A stretch of DNA of 64,000 bases from Minisyncoccota bacterium (GTDB taxonomy: Bacteria > Patescibacteriota > Minisyncoccia > Phycocordibacterales > UBA1550), in contig JALNYL010000006.1 in NCBI GenBank assembly GCA_023229865.1, forward strand, positions 5,597-69,596, read 5' to 3'. Position numbers and translations under genes: made by a program. Numbering within the stretch: position 1 is the stretch's first letter; the number at the start of each line of letters is the position of its first letter. Of the stretch, positions 26,086 through 34,547 are shown one piece after another. Under the pieces are notes generated by a model. That model worked only from the letters and a program-made list of their open reading frames with translations. It did no database searches and was not told the origin of the DNA.

Positions 26086-26243
26086 GTGCCCCTGGTAAGA
26101 ATCGAACAAGAAGGGGGCCAGGGAAACATTTGTTTCCCTGTGGAGGAAGGATTGGGAAAACCGTGGGTTTCCCAAGGGTGAGATAGTGAAGCGTCTTACC
26201 AGAGGCACAAAGCGTTAAGAAAACCTGCTCTTCTGCAGGTTTT

Positions 26244-26362
26244 TAGCTTTGTGCGACCGCAGCCATATTTCGTCAGCAGATGAAATGGCGAGGTGGGGTA
26301 GCGAGCACTTATGTAGATTGCGAGCAGGGCGAAGCAATATACTTAGTGACTCGTGACACAAG
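26244..26362 (+). repeat. copy B of conserved intergenic element (hairpin ATTTCGTC-AGCA-GATGAAAT, CGAGGTGGGG, CACTTATG, GATTGCGAGC, CTTAGTGAC)
   Basis: ~85% identical to copy C over ~105 nt. Confidence 0.55.
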
Positions 26363-26487
26363 ATAATTTAGTCGAGCTTGCTCGTCCATATTTATAGGGG
26401 TACCTTCCTCCTTGCCCTATTTCGTATTTTCTGGCAGTATGACCGAGGAAAGTTGTTTCTAATTAACATACGTAAAGGGAGATTGAT

Positions 26488-27081
26488 ATGAATCCACCTG
26501 TGTGGTGTATTGGCATTACTGGCTTCAATGGGGCAGGGAAGTCAACTGTTGCGGAATTCCTCCGCGTCCACTATTCCGTGGGCTATTACGAGGCGGACGC
26601 ATTTCTCGAGGATGAACGCATCCGTCGTGAAATGCCAAAGGGAAGTGAGTCTCTCGCGTATGTCGCAAATGATTTGCGCGAAAAACACGGCCCCGAGCAC
26701 ATCATGAAAAGCCTCTCTGAAAAGGCAATCACGATTCGTGGACGCACACCGTTCATTATTGAGTCGGTGCGCTGTGTTGGGGAGGTCCAGTATCTCGCGC
26801 GGGAGTTTGGAGATAAATTTGCCCTTATCGGCGTGGATGCTCCAATCGAAGAGAGACATCGGCGTGTGATAGGACGAAAAAACCACACAGACTCCGTTGG
26901 CTTCAGGAAGTTTCTCGAACAAGAAACGCTTGAGATGGAGCAGCGGGATCCGTGGAAGCAAAATCTCCGCGGGTGCATGGATCTCGTGCGCAAAGAATTT
27001 CTCGTATGGAATGCGAGTACGGAATCGCAACTTGCTCGCGATCTCCGTATTATTGCGCGCGCTATGAGGCTTCCGTGTTGA
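26488..27081 (+). CDS. P-loop nucleotide/nucleoside kinase-like protein (dephospho-CoA kinase / dNK-like)
   Basis: IGITGFNGAGKSTVAEFL Walker A at N-terminus; SD AAGGGAG. Confidence 0.55.
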   Translation: MNPPVWCIGITGFNGAGKSTVAEFLRVHYSVGYYEADAFLEDERIRREMPKGSESLAYVANDLREKHGPEHIMKSLSEKAITIRGRTPFIIESVRCVGEVQYLAREFGDKFALIGVDAPIEERHRRVIGRKNHTDSVGFRKFLEQETLEMEQRDPWKQNLRGCMDLVRKEFLVWNASTESQLARDLRIIARAMRLPC

Positions 27082-27249
27082 TGTATGTTTTTCAAACCAG
27101 GGCGATTTGTCGTCCTGGTTTTTTGTTGAATCGCGGATAAGCACCGAATCATGAGGGGGTTGACATCTCTGTTCCTGGTGGTATTATTATACCTAGGAAC
27201 TTCGTTCCTGAAGTCGTTCTTTTTCACAAAATTTTCGAAAGGAAAACCT

Positions 27250-27600
27250 ATGGCACAAAATGCCAAAGCAGCAAAACCCACCCTCGGCCGGAATTTCCTG
27301 AACGTCACAGCGTTCTCGAACTTTCTTAATCAACCGTCAATGGAAGCCGCCATCGGCGCCAAGGGTTACGCCAAGTCCAAAAGCTGCCTCGATCTCTGCC
27401 TGAAAGGCCAGAAGATCCAGGAAGTCATGGTCGTCGGCGTTTCCGAAGGTGGTTTGGCCACCTGTGAGTTCTATGCACGTGGTGGCCGCAAAGAGGTGTT
27501 GTTTGCCTCGGCGGGTTGTCTCTCGGCAATCAAGCCAGTGGTCGCCAAACCCGCAGTCTCCAATGTGTACCAGGAGCTTGATCGTCTGGCCTTCGCTTAA
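27250..27600 (+). CDS. hypothetical protein (116 aa, locally GC-rich)
   Basis: ATG with GGAAAA upstream; followed by tandem hairpins/terminator 27611-27656. Confidence 0.4.
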   Translation: MAQNAKAAKPTLGRNFLNVTAFSNFLNQPSMEAAIGAKGYAKSKSCLDLCLKGQKIQEVMVVGVSEGGLATCEFYARGGRKEVLFASAGCLSAIKPVVAKPAVSNVYQELDRLAFA

Positions 27601-27667
27601 GGCTCAAAACGGTGGCATTTCGCCACCAAAAGCCCGTTCTTTGTGACGGGCTTTTTCATTGGAAAAC

Positions 27668-27705
27668 TTGGAATTTTCGCCAAATCTGCTATAGTATGCG
27701 ATATG
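27668..27705 (+). promoter_or_regulatory. TTGGAA-18bp-TATAGT with ATG 6 nt after the -10: probable leaderless promoter for small membrane protein gene
   Basis: seen in sequence. Confidence 0.3.
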
Positions 27706-27990
27706 GAATTGAATGACCGCAAGATCGATGAACTCCTCGAGCTTACCCGCGAGAATAACAAGATTCTTACGGGGATGCGTCGCGCACAGCGTTGGGGCTC
27801 GTTTTTGAAGCTCATGTATTGGATGGTTATCCTTGGTTCCATTTTTGGGGTGTATTACTACTTCCAGCCAACGATTCAGAAGTATACGAAGACTCTCCAG
27901 ACATCAATCGGAATCATTCAAAATTTTGAAAAGGCAGCCGGTTCAATTCCTACTGACACACAGGCTCTCAAGAATCTGTTGAATCGATAG
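27703..27990 (+). CDS. small membrane protein, hypothetical (MELNDRKIDELLEL...)
   Basis: ATG at 27703; one TM helix. Confidence 0.4.
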   Translation: MELNDRKIDELLELTRENNKILTGMRRAQRWGSFLKLMYWMVILGSIFGVYYYFQPTIQKYTKTLQTSIGIIQNFEKAAGSIPTDTQALKNLLNR

Positions 27991-28114
27991 TAAAATTAGT
28001 CGAAAGTTAAAAGTGACAAGTCGAAAGTATTTGCCGAGGTAGCTGTTTTGGTAGGCCCAGAAGAGGGAAACAAAACAAAGTACCATGAAGGATAGGTAAG
28101 AGAAAAAAGTATAT

Positions 28115-28187
28115 GCCGAGGTAGCTCAGTTGGTAGAGCATTCGCCTGAAGAGCGAGGGGTCACCAGTTCAACCCTGGTCCTCGGCA
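28115..28187 (+). tRNA. tRNA-Phe (anticodon GAA), CCA not encoded
   Basis: GCCGAGGTAGCTCAGTTGGTAGAGC...anticodon loop CTGAAGA...GGTTCAACCC...CCTCGGCA. Confidence 0.85.
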
Positions 28188-28195
28188 CAAAATAC

Positions 28196-28227
28196 AAAAA
28201 CCGCACAACGTCGTTGTGCGGTTTTTG
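28196..28227 (+). terminator. terminator hairpin after tRNA-Phe (CCGCACAACG-T-CGTTGTGCGG + TTTTT)
   Basis: seen in sequence. Confidence 0.6.
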
Positions 28228-28390
28228 TATTTTGTGCCGAGGAAGTAAGCGGAGCTTGCGTCCAGGGTTGAAGGCCGCAGCTATATTTCGTCAACAGACG
28301 AAATAGCGAGGCGGGGGCGCAAGCACTTACGCAGATTGCGAGCTTTGCGAGGCAATATGCTTAGTGACTTGTGTCCGCCCTGATCCTCGG
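28227..28390 (+). repeat. copy C of conserved intergenic element (hairpin ATTTCGTC-AACA-GACGAAAT, CGAGGCGGGG, CACTTACG, GATTGCGAGC, CTTAGTGAC), closed by CCGAGGA...TCCTCGG long-range pairing
   Basis: aligned with copy B. Confidence 0.55.
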
Positions 28391-28402
28391 ATAAGTAGTA
28401 AA

Positions 28403-28457
28403 AGAAAAAGGACCGACTTTTGAATCATCTGATTCAAAAGTCGGTCCTTTTTCTTTT
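28403..28457. terminator. long bidirectional hairpin terminator (AAAAAGGACCGACTTTTGAATCA-TCT-GATTCAAAAGTCGGTCCTTTTT) after hsp20
   Basis: seen in sequence. Confidence 0.6.
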
Positions 28458-28465
28458 ACAATTTC

Positions 28466-28930
28466 CTACAGCGACTTAATCTTAATAGTCTGCTTGCGAT
28501 CCTTATCAATCTTTGGAAGCTTGATCGTGAGGAGACCGTGCTTTTCCGTTGCCTCTACATCCTCGGTCTCTACTTCAGCAGGGAGGAGGATCGTGCGAGA
28601 AAATGCGCCCCAGTAGAGCTCCTGATAAAAATAGTTTTCTGCGGCAACCCCTTTTGGTGCTTCGCGCTTGCCTTTGATGGTTACCATCTCGCGCGTTACT
28701 GATACGGAGAGATCTTCTGATGCGACTCCTGCGACCATTGCTTGGATTACGATAGCGTCGTTTGTCTGGTATACGTCGACAGCGAGCTCTCCCTCGGGAG
28801 CTTCTGTGGGTTCCCATGAACCAGCGTTCTCTTCTGGCATCTGCTCAACCTCAATATCTTCTTCAAAATCTGAAGAGCGATTTTTGAGCGCAATAGTCCC
28901 CGTGAGTCGTTCGAAAAAAGATCGTTTCAT
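28466..28930 (-). CDS. Hsp20/alpha-crystallin family small heat-shock protein
   Basis: alpha-crystallin domain; ...GLLTIKLPK C-terminal motif. Confidence 0.85.
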   Translation of the reverse strand: MKRSFFERLTGTIALKNRSSDFEEDIEVEQMPEENAGSWEPTEAPEGELAVDVYQTNDAIVIQAMVAGVASEDLSVSVTREMVTIKGKREAPKGVAAENYFYQELYWGAFSRTILLPAEVETEDVEATEKHGLLTIKLPKIDKDRKQTIKIKSL

Positions 28931-28943
28931 AATGGTAATGTGA

Positions 28944-29717
28944 TTAGTAAATTCTATTTGTTTTAGTGGAGAATCGTTTGATGACTGCGATCATAACGAT
29001 GATCCCCACGATTGCTGCCCAGAATTGAGAGAATACCAAAAGGGTTTTTAGTGTTCCGTCATTCTCCATTATAGATAAATTAAAGTATGCGTGCAAGAGA
29101 GTTGCGATCAAAATTCCCAGCCCGACCATGATAAATTTGATGTACTTCGGGGTATTGAAGGCGAAAGCCATGGCGATACCAATAAATGCGGAAGATACAA
29201 TGTGTACAATCGTCGCGCCAATAAAACGCATATTGCCGTTTCCAAAAACTTCCATCACCCCTCCGTGCGCGAGATCTTTTACGATGTAGAGAATATTTTC
29301 CATCGCTGCAAAGCCGAGCGCAGCCGTGATGAGGTACATGATTGCATCCATCGGCTCGTCAAAAAATTTACTTTTATATGCGATGAGAAATACGGTTGCA
29401 TATTTAGCTACTTCTTCAATAAATGCCCAGAGGGTTATTTTCGTTTCTTGCTCGGTTGGGGGAACTATTGCAAATTGCTCCGCAAGAGCGCCGACCGTAT
29501 CCATGATGGGAGAGATGGATGCAGCGACGAGTTTCTGGAGGGGGAGGACGAAGTATACAACCGCCATTCCTGCGAAGAATGAAATCGCGATAAGACCTTT
29601 CGGTTCAGGAGACTCTCTGTCTTGTCGGAGCCAAAACCAAAGCCACACAAGCGACGGGAGGATTCCTCCAAGAATCGCGTACAGGTATGACTGCCAGGTT
29701 AAAATGGTTTCGGCCAT
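28944..29717 (-). CDS. PrsW-family intramembrane protease
   Basis: multi-TM; conserved EEVAKY and FAAMENILY motifs. Confidence 0.65.
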   Translation of the reverse strand: MAETILTWQSYLYAILGGILPSLVWLWFWLRQDRESPEPKGLIAISFFAGMAVVYFVLPLQKLVAASISPIMDTVGALAEQFAIVPPTEQETKITLWAFIEEVAKYATVFLIAYKSKFFDEPMDAIMYLITAALGFAAMENILYIVKDLAHGGVMEVFGNGNMRFIGATIVHIVSSAFIGIAMAFAFNTPKYIKFIMVGLGILIATLLHAYFNLSIMENDGTLKTLLVFSQFWAAIVGIIVMIAVIKRFSTKTNRIY

Positions 29718-31843
29718 GGTTCAATAATAAGAAGCGAAGAATCCTTTTTAGGAAGAAGACTCCAGAGCTCTTCGGTCACGAACGGAATGAAAGGATGAAG
29801 CATTTTGATATTCGCCGCGAGAATCTGGAGGAGCACCCACTGCGCTGCGTCTTTTGATGCAGTGTCATCTCCCGCGAGACGAGGCTTCATTTCTTCGATG
29901 ATGGTGTCAGCAAATGTGTTCCAGAAATAGTGATAGAGTTCTTCTCCTGCGAGATGGAAGCGGAAGTTTTCATAATGATTCGTGATACTCTCGATTGCAA
30001 CATTGAGTTCGCGCAAAATTTCTTCATCGCGTTCGGTGAGTGTTGGGCGTGGTGTGTCGAGTGTCGTATCACCGATGTTTGAAAGCGTGAAGCGTGCACC
30101 GTTCCACATTTTGTTACAGAAATGTTTGTAGCCTTTGATCTTGTCTTCGGCGAGTGCGATGTCGTTGCCAGGAGTATTGCCGATGACGAGGCCAATGCGG
30201 AGCGCGTCGGCGCCGTATTTGTCGGTGAGCTCAATAGGGGAGACGACGTTACCCTTACTCTTGGACATCTTTTTGCCATGCTTGTCGTTGACCATACCGT
30301 GGAGATATACCGTGCGGAAAGGCACCTCTTTTGCGAGATAAAGCCCAAAAATGACCATACGCGGAATCCACTTAAAAATGAGGTCGCGGCCGGTTTCCAT
30401 GACGTCCGTAGGGTAGAAGCTCAAATCACGCTTCTCAGGGTATCCTAGGGCCAAAAGAGGCCATTGGCCAGATGAGAACCAGGTGTCAAAAGTGTCTGAT
30501 TCTGCCACGAGGGGCGCTCCGCAGGAAGGGCAGGCGTCGCCCGCTTTGTGGTCGGTATCGAGGGCGCCGTTATTGCATCCAGTGCAGACAAGAGCAGGGA
30601 TTTTGATACCCCAAACGATCTGGCGGGAAATGTTCCAGTCCATCGTGTTGTCCATCCAGTACAAAAAGATTTTTTCGAAATTGTCGGGAATGAATTTCAC
30701 TTTTCCTTCGCGCACAGCATCAGCTGCCATCTTTGCGAGGGGTGCCATCTTTACAAACCACTGCGGCATCACGCGTGGTTCAATAGTTGTGGCGCACTTG
30801 TAGCAGGTCGGTACTGCGTGGGTGTAGTCCTCGATTTTTTCGATGAGCCCAAGTGCCTGCAAATCTTCAACAACTTTTGTACGCGCCTCGGCGATTTTCA
30901 TCCCTTCATACTTGCCGGTTCCTTCACTTAATTTTCCAAATTGATCGATTACTTCGACGCGAGGGAGGTTGTGCCTCTCAGACATTCTGAAGTCATTGTG
31001 GTCGTGTGCAGGAGTAATCTTGAGCGCCCCAGTACCAAACTCCATATCTACTTCCTCATCACCAATAACCACGAGCGAAAGTTTCCCTTCGGGGTGCTGT
31101 ACTTCGATTGTCTGTCCGATGAATGACTTGTAGCGTGCATCGTTGGGATTCACCGCTACTGCAACGTCACCAAAGATTGTTTCAGGGCGCACCGTTGCAA
31201 CGGTAAAAGGCCCGTACTTGATGTAGTACAGCTTGTCACTCTTTTCGGCTGTCTCAGTCTCCACGTCAGAGAGGGAAGTCTGGTGTTTGGTGCACCAGTT
31301 CACCGTGCGATAACCGCGATACACGAGTCCGTCGCGATAGAGCTTGCGGAATGTTTCTTGCACCTCGGCGACGACGCTCGGGTCGAGAGTAAATTTCTCA
31401 CGTGACCAATCACATGATGCGCCGAGTGCTTTCACATCGGCTTCCATGTGCTGTTTGCTGTCGAGGGTGAATGCCATAATCTCATTGTAGAGTTCTTGGC
31501 GATCCATTTTGAAACGTGAGCGACCTTCCTTCTCGAGTTTCTTCTCGTACACCACTTGTGTCTCAAATCCCGCGTGATCGGCACCGGGGACCCAGAGAGC
31601 CTTTTTCCCCTGCATGCGCTGGTAGCGCGTCATTATGTCCTCAAGCGCAATAGTGAGTCCGTGCCCTGCGTGCAAGCGGCCGTTTGCGTTTGGTGGAGGC
31701 ATAATGATCGTGAAAGGCTCCTTATGACGCTCAGGGAGATTGTCGGGATTGAAAAAGCCACTGTCTTCCCAGAGTTTGTAAATACGCGCTTCGGTGGAAG
31801 CAGGGTCGTAAGGTTTCGTAAGTTTTTCGGGGATATCGGTCAT
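29699..31843 (-). CDS. valS: valine--tRNA ligase (short form, 714 aa)
   Basis: class I aaRS HIGH (PNANGRLHAGHGL) and KMSKS (KMSKSKGN); N-terminal KPYDPASTEARIYKLWEDSGFF typical of ValRS. Confidence 0.75.
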   Translation of the reverse strand: MTDIPEKLTKPYDPASTEARIYKLWEDSGFFNPDNLPERHKEPFTIIMPPPNANGRLHAGHGLTIALEDIMTRYQRMQGKKALWVPGADHAGFETQVVYEKKLEKEGRSRFKMDRQELYNEIMAFTLDSKQHMEADVKALGASCDWSREKFTLDPSVVAEVQETFRKLYRDGLVYRGYRTVNWCTKHQTSLSDVETETAEKSDKLYYIKYGPFTVATVRPETIFGDVAVAVNPNDARYKSFIGQTIEVQHPEGKLSLVVIGDEEVDMEFGTGALKITPAHDHNDFRMSERHNLPRVEVIDQFGKLSEGTGKYEGMKIAEARTKVVEDLQALGLIEKIEDYTHAVPTCYKCATTIEPRVMPQWFVKMAPLAKMAADAVREGKVKFIPDNFEKIFLYWMDNTMDWNISRQIVWGIKIPALVCTGCNNGALDTDHKAGDACPSCGAPLVAESDTFDTWFSSGQWPLLALGYPEKRDLSFYPTDVMETGRDLIFKWIPRMVIFGLYLAKEVPFRTVYLHGMVNDKHGKKMSKSKGNVVSPIELTDKYGADALRIGLVIGNTPGNDIALAEDKIKGYKHFCNKMWNGARFTLSNIGDTTLDTPRPTLTERDEEILRELNVAIESITNHYENFRFHLAGEELYHYFWNTFADTIIEEMKPRLAGDDTASKDAAQWVLLQILAANIKMLHPFIPFVTEELWSLLPKKDSSLLIIEPWPKPF

Positions 31844-31972
31844 AGTAGGTAGATTTTATCATAATTTTGTGGCATTTCGTAGACATTGACATTTACGCTA
31901 AAATATGCTACTCTGGTCTTAGACTGAAGTTAGGTTATGTCCTTTGTAAATCCTTAGGGAAGGAGCATTAAA

Positions 31973-32332
31973 ATGAGTAAATTTATTTTGTGGGGCTTCG
32001 CTTTGACTGTCTTTGCCCTCTTCTCAACCTTGGGTTATTCAGTTGGTGATTATGCTCTTGCAAAAGAGACAACAGGAAAAGGTGCCGTCATCGGTAAAAA
32101 ATACACAGAGGATAAGGGTTCGATAATCATAGTTAACGATATGGTCGTCCCTCTTTCTCCCCAAGGTAAATGGGGGTTGTATATCAAACGAAGTGGCTCT
32201 ACTGATTCTGGATATGTTGAAGTGCCGCAGGAAATTTACAATTCCGTTACGGATGGAACACAAGTTATCATCTCATATTCCGTGGGCCGTTGGTCAAAGG
32301 AATTGCATATTAGCGCTGTCCATATTCACTAA
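31973..32332 (+). CDS. small secreted/membrane-anchored hypothetical protein
   Basis: N-terminal hydrophobic segment; SD GGGAAGGAG upstream. Confidence 0.45.
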   Translation: MSKFILWGFALTVFALFSTLGYSVGDYALAKETTGKGAVIGKKYTEDKGSIIIVNDMVVPLSPQGKWGLYIKRSGSTDSGYVEVPQEIYNSVTDGTQVIISYSVGRWSKELHISAVHIH

Positions 32333-32406
32333 GTTTCATTTGTAGTATTCGAAGCCGCTCAATCTGAGCGGCTTTTTTCTTGACTTCGGTATTTTGAGAG
32401 GACATA

Positions 32407-32847
32407 ATGCAAAGAGAACTGAATCTTTTAAAAAGGGGGACGAATATGAATCATCCAAATTGTTATTTAACGAGAGGCAAGGATTCTATTGCATCTGCTC
32501 GCAAGAATTTGGAGCGCGTAAGGTTTATTTTTTGTCGTGACTCAAATTCATCATCACTTGATTATGCGACACTCTATTACTTTTGGGCACAACTCGAAAA
32601 GTTTTGGTGGTGGTTCAAACAGTTTAACCGGGGTGGTTGGACGCGCGAAGAAGAAGAGCTTCGTGCGGCGATGACGGTGGTCACCCTTCGACACTATCCT
32701 GATATGTCTCGGCAGCAAATCGAGGATGAAATCAAAACAGTCTTCGCCACGTTCCTTGTTGAAAGAGGGGATTTGTCCAAGATTGACGAGGAACGTCGCG
32801 TGCGCTTCCGCAGATATATCCAAAGTCTCCTTGTTTCTCTCGGATAA
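32407..32847 (+). CDS. hypothetical protein (Trp-rich FWWWFKQF segment)
   Basis: ORF followed by terminator 32855-32888. Confidence 0.4.
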   Translation: MQRELNLLKRGTNMNHPNCYLTRGKDSIASARKNLERVRFIFCRDSNSSSLDYATLYYFWAQLEKFWWWFKQFNRGGWTREEEELRAAMTVVTLRHYPDMSRQQIEDEIKTVFATFLVERGDLSKIDEERRVRFRRYIQSLLVSLG

Positions 32848-32854
32848 CAAAAAG

Positions 32855-32888
32855 AAAAGCCACCCGCGCGCGGGTGGCTTTGTTTTTT
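32855..32888 (+). terminator. rho-independent terminator (AAAGCCACCCGCG/CGCGGGTGGCTTT + T-tract)
   Basis: seen in sequence. Confidence 0.65.
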
Positions 32889-33279
32889 ACAGTAACTTAT
32901 TGAACCTGCTGACGAAACGCTGGTAGCGTTTTCCGACATCAGGGAAGGAGAGGATCTTCTTGCGACTGCGTGTTGTTGATTTAAGCTTTGGAAGCTTTTC
33001 CTTGAATTGCTCAATCGTGAAGTCGATGTGCTGCCCGCCGGGAAGTTTGTTCCAGTAGTGTGACCGCACCGCTTCGAGCCCGGGGATGTTTTCCAGCGAG
33101 CCGCGCAGAATCACCCCACCGAAATGGTCTTGGGCGAGAAGTGCGACGATCGCGCAGTGTCCCCAGAGCGGATTTTCTTTGCTCCAGCCTGCGCGGTCAT
33201 AGCTCGTGTCTTTCCTCGCTGCCTTTCTGATGAGAGCCAAAAAACGTTCAACCGTCATTTCCTCTTGCTCTTTTTGCAT
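32887..33279 (-). CDS. hypothetical protein (130 aa; start MQKEQEEM with SD AGGAGG)
   Basis: ATG 33279 with canonical SD; upstream basic part of track ORF unlikely translated. Confidence 0.45.
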   Translation of the reverse strand: MQKEQEEMTVERFLALIRKAARKDTSYDRAGWSKENPLWGHCAIVALLAQDHFGGVILRGSLENIPGLEAVRSHYWNKLPGGQHIDFTIEQFKEKLPKLKSTTRSRKKILSFPDVGKRYQRFVSRFNKLL

Positions 33280-33325
33280 AGCTGCCTCCTTGTAAGTGAA
33301 CTTGCCTCGGATGACACTATCACAA

Positions 33326-34543
33326 TTATTTCTTTTTGCGAAGCTCCGCAAGCGTTTTTGTAACGGGCTTTGCGAGGTGGAGGGTGCCCTGCGCTTTGAT
33401 GTGCTTTTTTGTCTTTCTACGGAGGAGTGCTGCGACGCCAATCATAAGTCCGTTGTCTCCTGAGAGATGAACGTCGGGGATAAAAAGGGAAGTTCCTGAA
33501 AGCTCGCGTGCAACAGTCGTCTCAAATGTTTTTCGAATTTTTTTGTTGGCCGTTACGCCACCGCCAAGAATAATTTCTTTCACTTTGTATTGTTTTGCAG
33601 CGCGAAGAGTTTTTGCGACAAGCACCTCGGTCACTGAGTCTTCAAAATCTTTTGCGATGAGTTCGCGGTCGCGGTCATCGAGTGATTCAAATTTCTTGAT
33701 GGCATACAGCACAGACGTCTTGAGTCCTGAAAAAGAAAAATCGTAGTCATCAGACTTGAGCATGGGGCGGGGGAGCGGTGCGGAAAGTTTTTGTCCCTCG
33801 GGCGCTTTTTCTGCAAGGCGAGAAACCTCGGGTCCGCCAGGGTATGCGAGCCCAAGCATGCGCGCCACCTTATCAAATGCTTCGCCGACAGCGTCGTCGC
33901 GGGTTTGTCCAAGCATCTTGTATTTACCAGCACTCGGCATGAGGACGAGCTCTGTGTGTCCACCCGAGATGAGAAGCGCAAGCGAAGGATATTGAGTGGG
34001 CTTCAACGTGTAAGCACTCTTCTTTTTTGGGACGAGTGCCATAAGGGCGGCGACGATATGTCCCTCCATGTGGTTTACGGGAATGACTGGTACACCCCAG
34101 AGTGCACCGAGGCCTTCGGCCGTGTTGATACCAACCCAGAGCGCAGGCTCGAGTCCTGGACCTGAGGTCACCGCGATAGCATCAATCTTTGGGATTCGGG
34201 AAGAAAGAAGAGACTCTTTCAAAACAGTAAAAAGCTCAGCTTCTTTGTTGAAAATCTTTGCGAGTTGACGCTCTTCTTTTTTGTCGAGCTTGCGCGGGGT
34301 CTTGAGCTTTTTGAGCATCTTTGCCTCTTTGAGTGCGTGAACAAGGAGAGGAATAATATTTTTGCCGTGCTCACGACGAGCGACACTTGGGAAGACGCCA
34401 CCAAACTGCGCGTGAAGAGCAGCCTGAGAAACAAGCGCATTCGAAAGGACGTTTATTTGTTTTGGGAGTGTACGAGTAAGTTTCGCTTCAACGATGGCGA
34501 TACCTGTTTCATCACAACTGGTCTCAATAGCGAGGATGCGCAT
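33326..34543 (-). CDS. tsaD: tRNA N6-adenosine threonylcarbamoyltransferase TsaD (Kae1/Gcp) with basic C-terminal extension
   Basis: MRILAIETSCDETGIAIVE, HMEGH..., GGVTAN motifs. Confidence 0.9.
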   Translation of the reverse strand: MRILAIETSCDETGIAIVEAKLTRTLPKQINVLSNALVSQAALHAQFGGVFPSVARREHGKNIIPLLVHALKEAKMLKKLKTPRKLDKKEERQLAKIFNKEAELFTVLKESLLSSRIPKIDAIAVTSGPGLEPALWVGINTAEGLGALWGVPVIPVNHMEGHIVAALMALVPKKKSAYTLKPTQYPSLALLISGGHTELVLMPSAGKYKMLGQTRDDAVGEAFDKVARMLGLAYPGGPEVSRLAEKAPEGQKLSAPLPRPMLKSDDYDFSFSGLKTSVLYAIKKFESLDDRDRELIAKDFEDSVTEVLVAKTLRAAKQYKVKEIILGGGVTANKKIRKTFETTVARELSGTSLFIPDVHLSGDNGLMIGVAALLRRKTKKHIKAQGTLHLAKPVTKTLAELRKKK

Positions 34544-34547
34544 AATA

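Noticed and set aside
26056-26194. Possibility of an additional minus-strand tRNA gene between the tRNA-Arg direct repeats
   Set aside because: The inverted segment matches only the 3' 20 nt of tRNA-Arg. No D-arm/anticodon arm could be folded. Treated as a fragment/scar.
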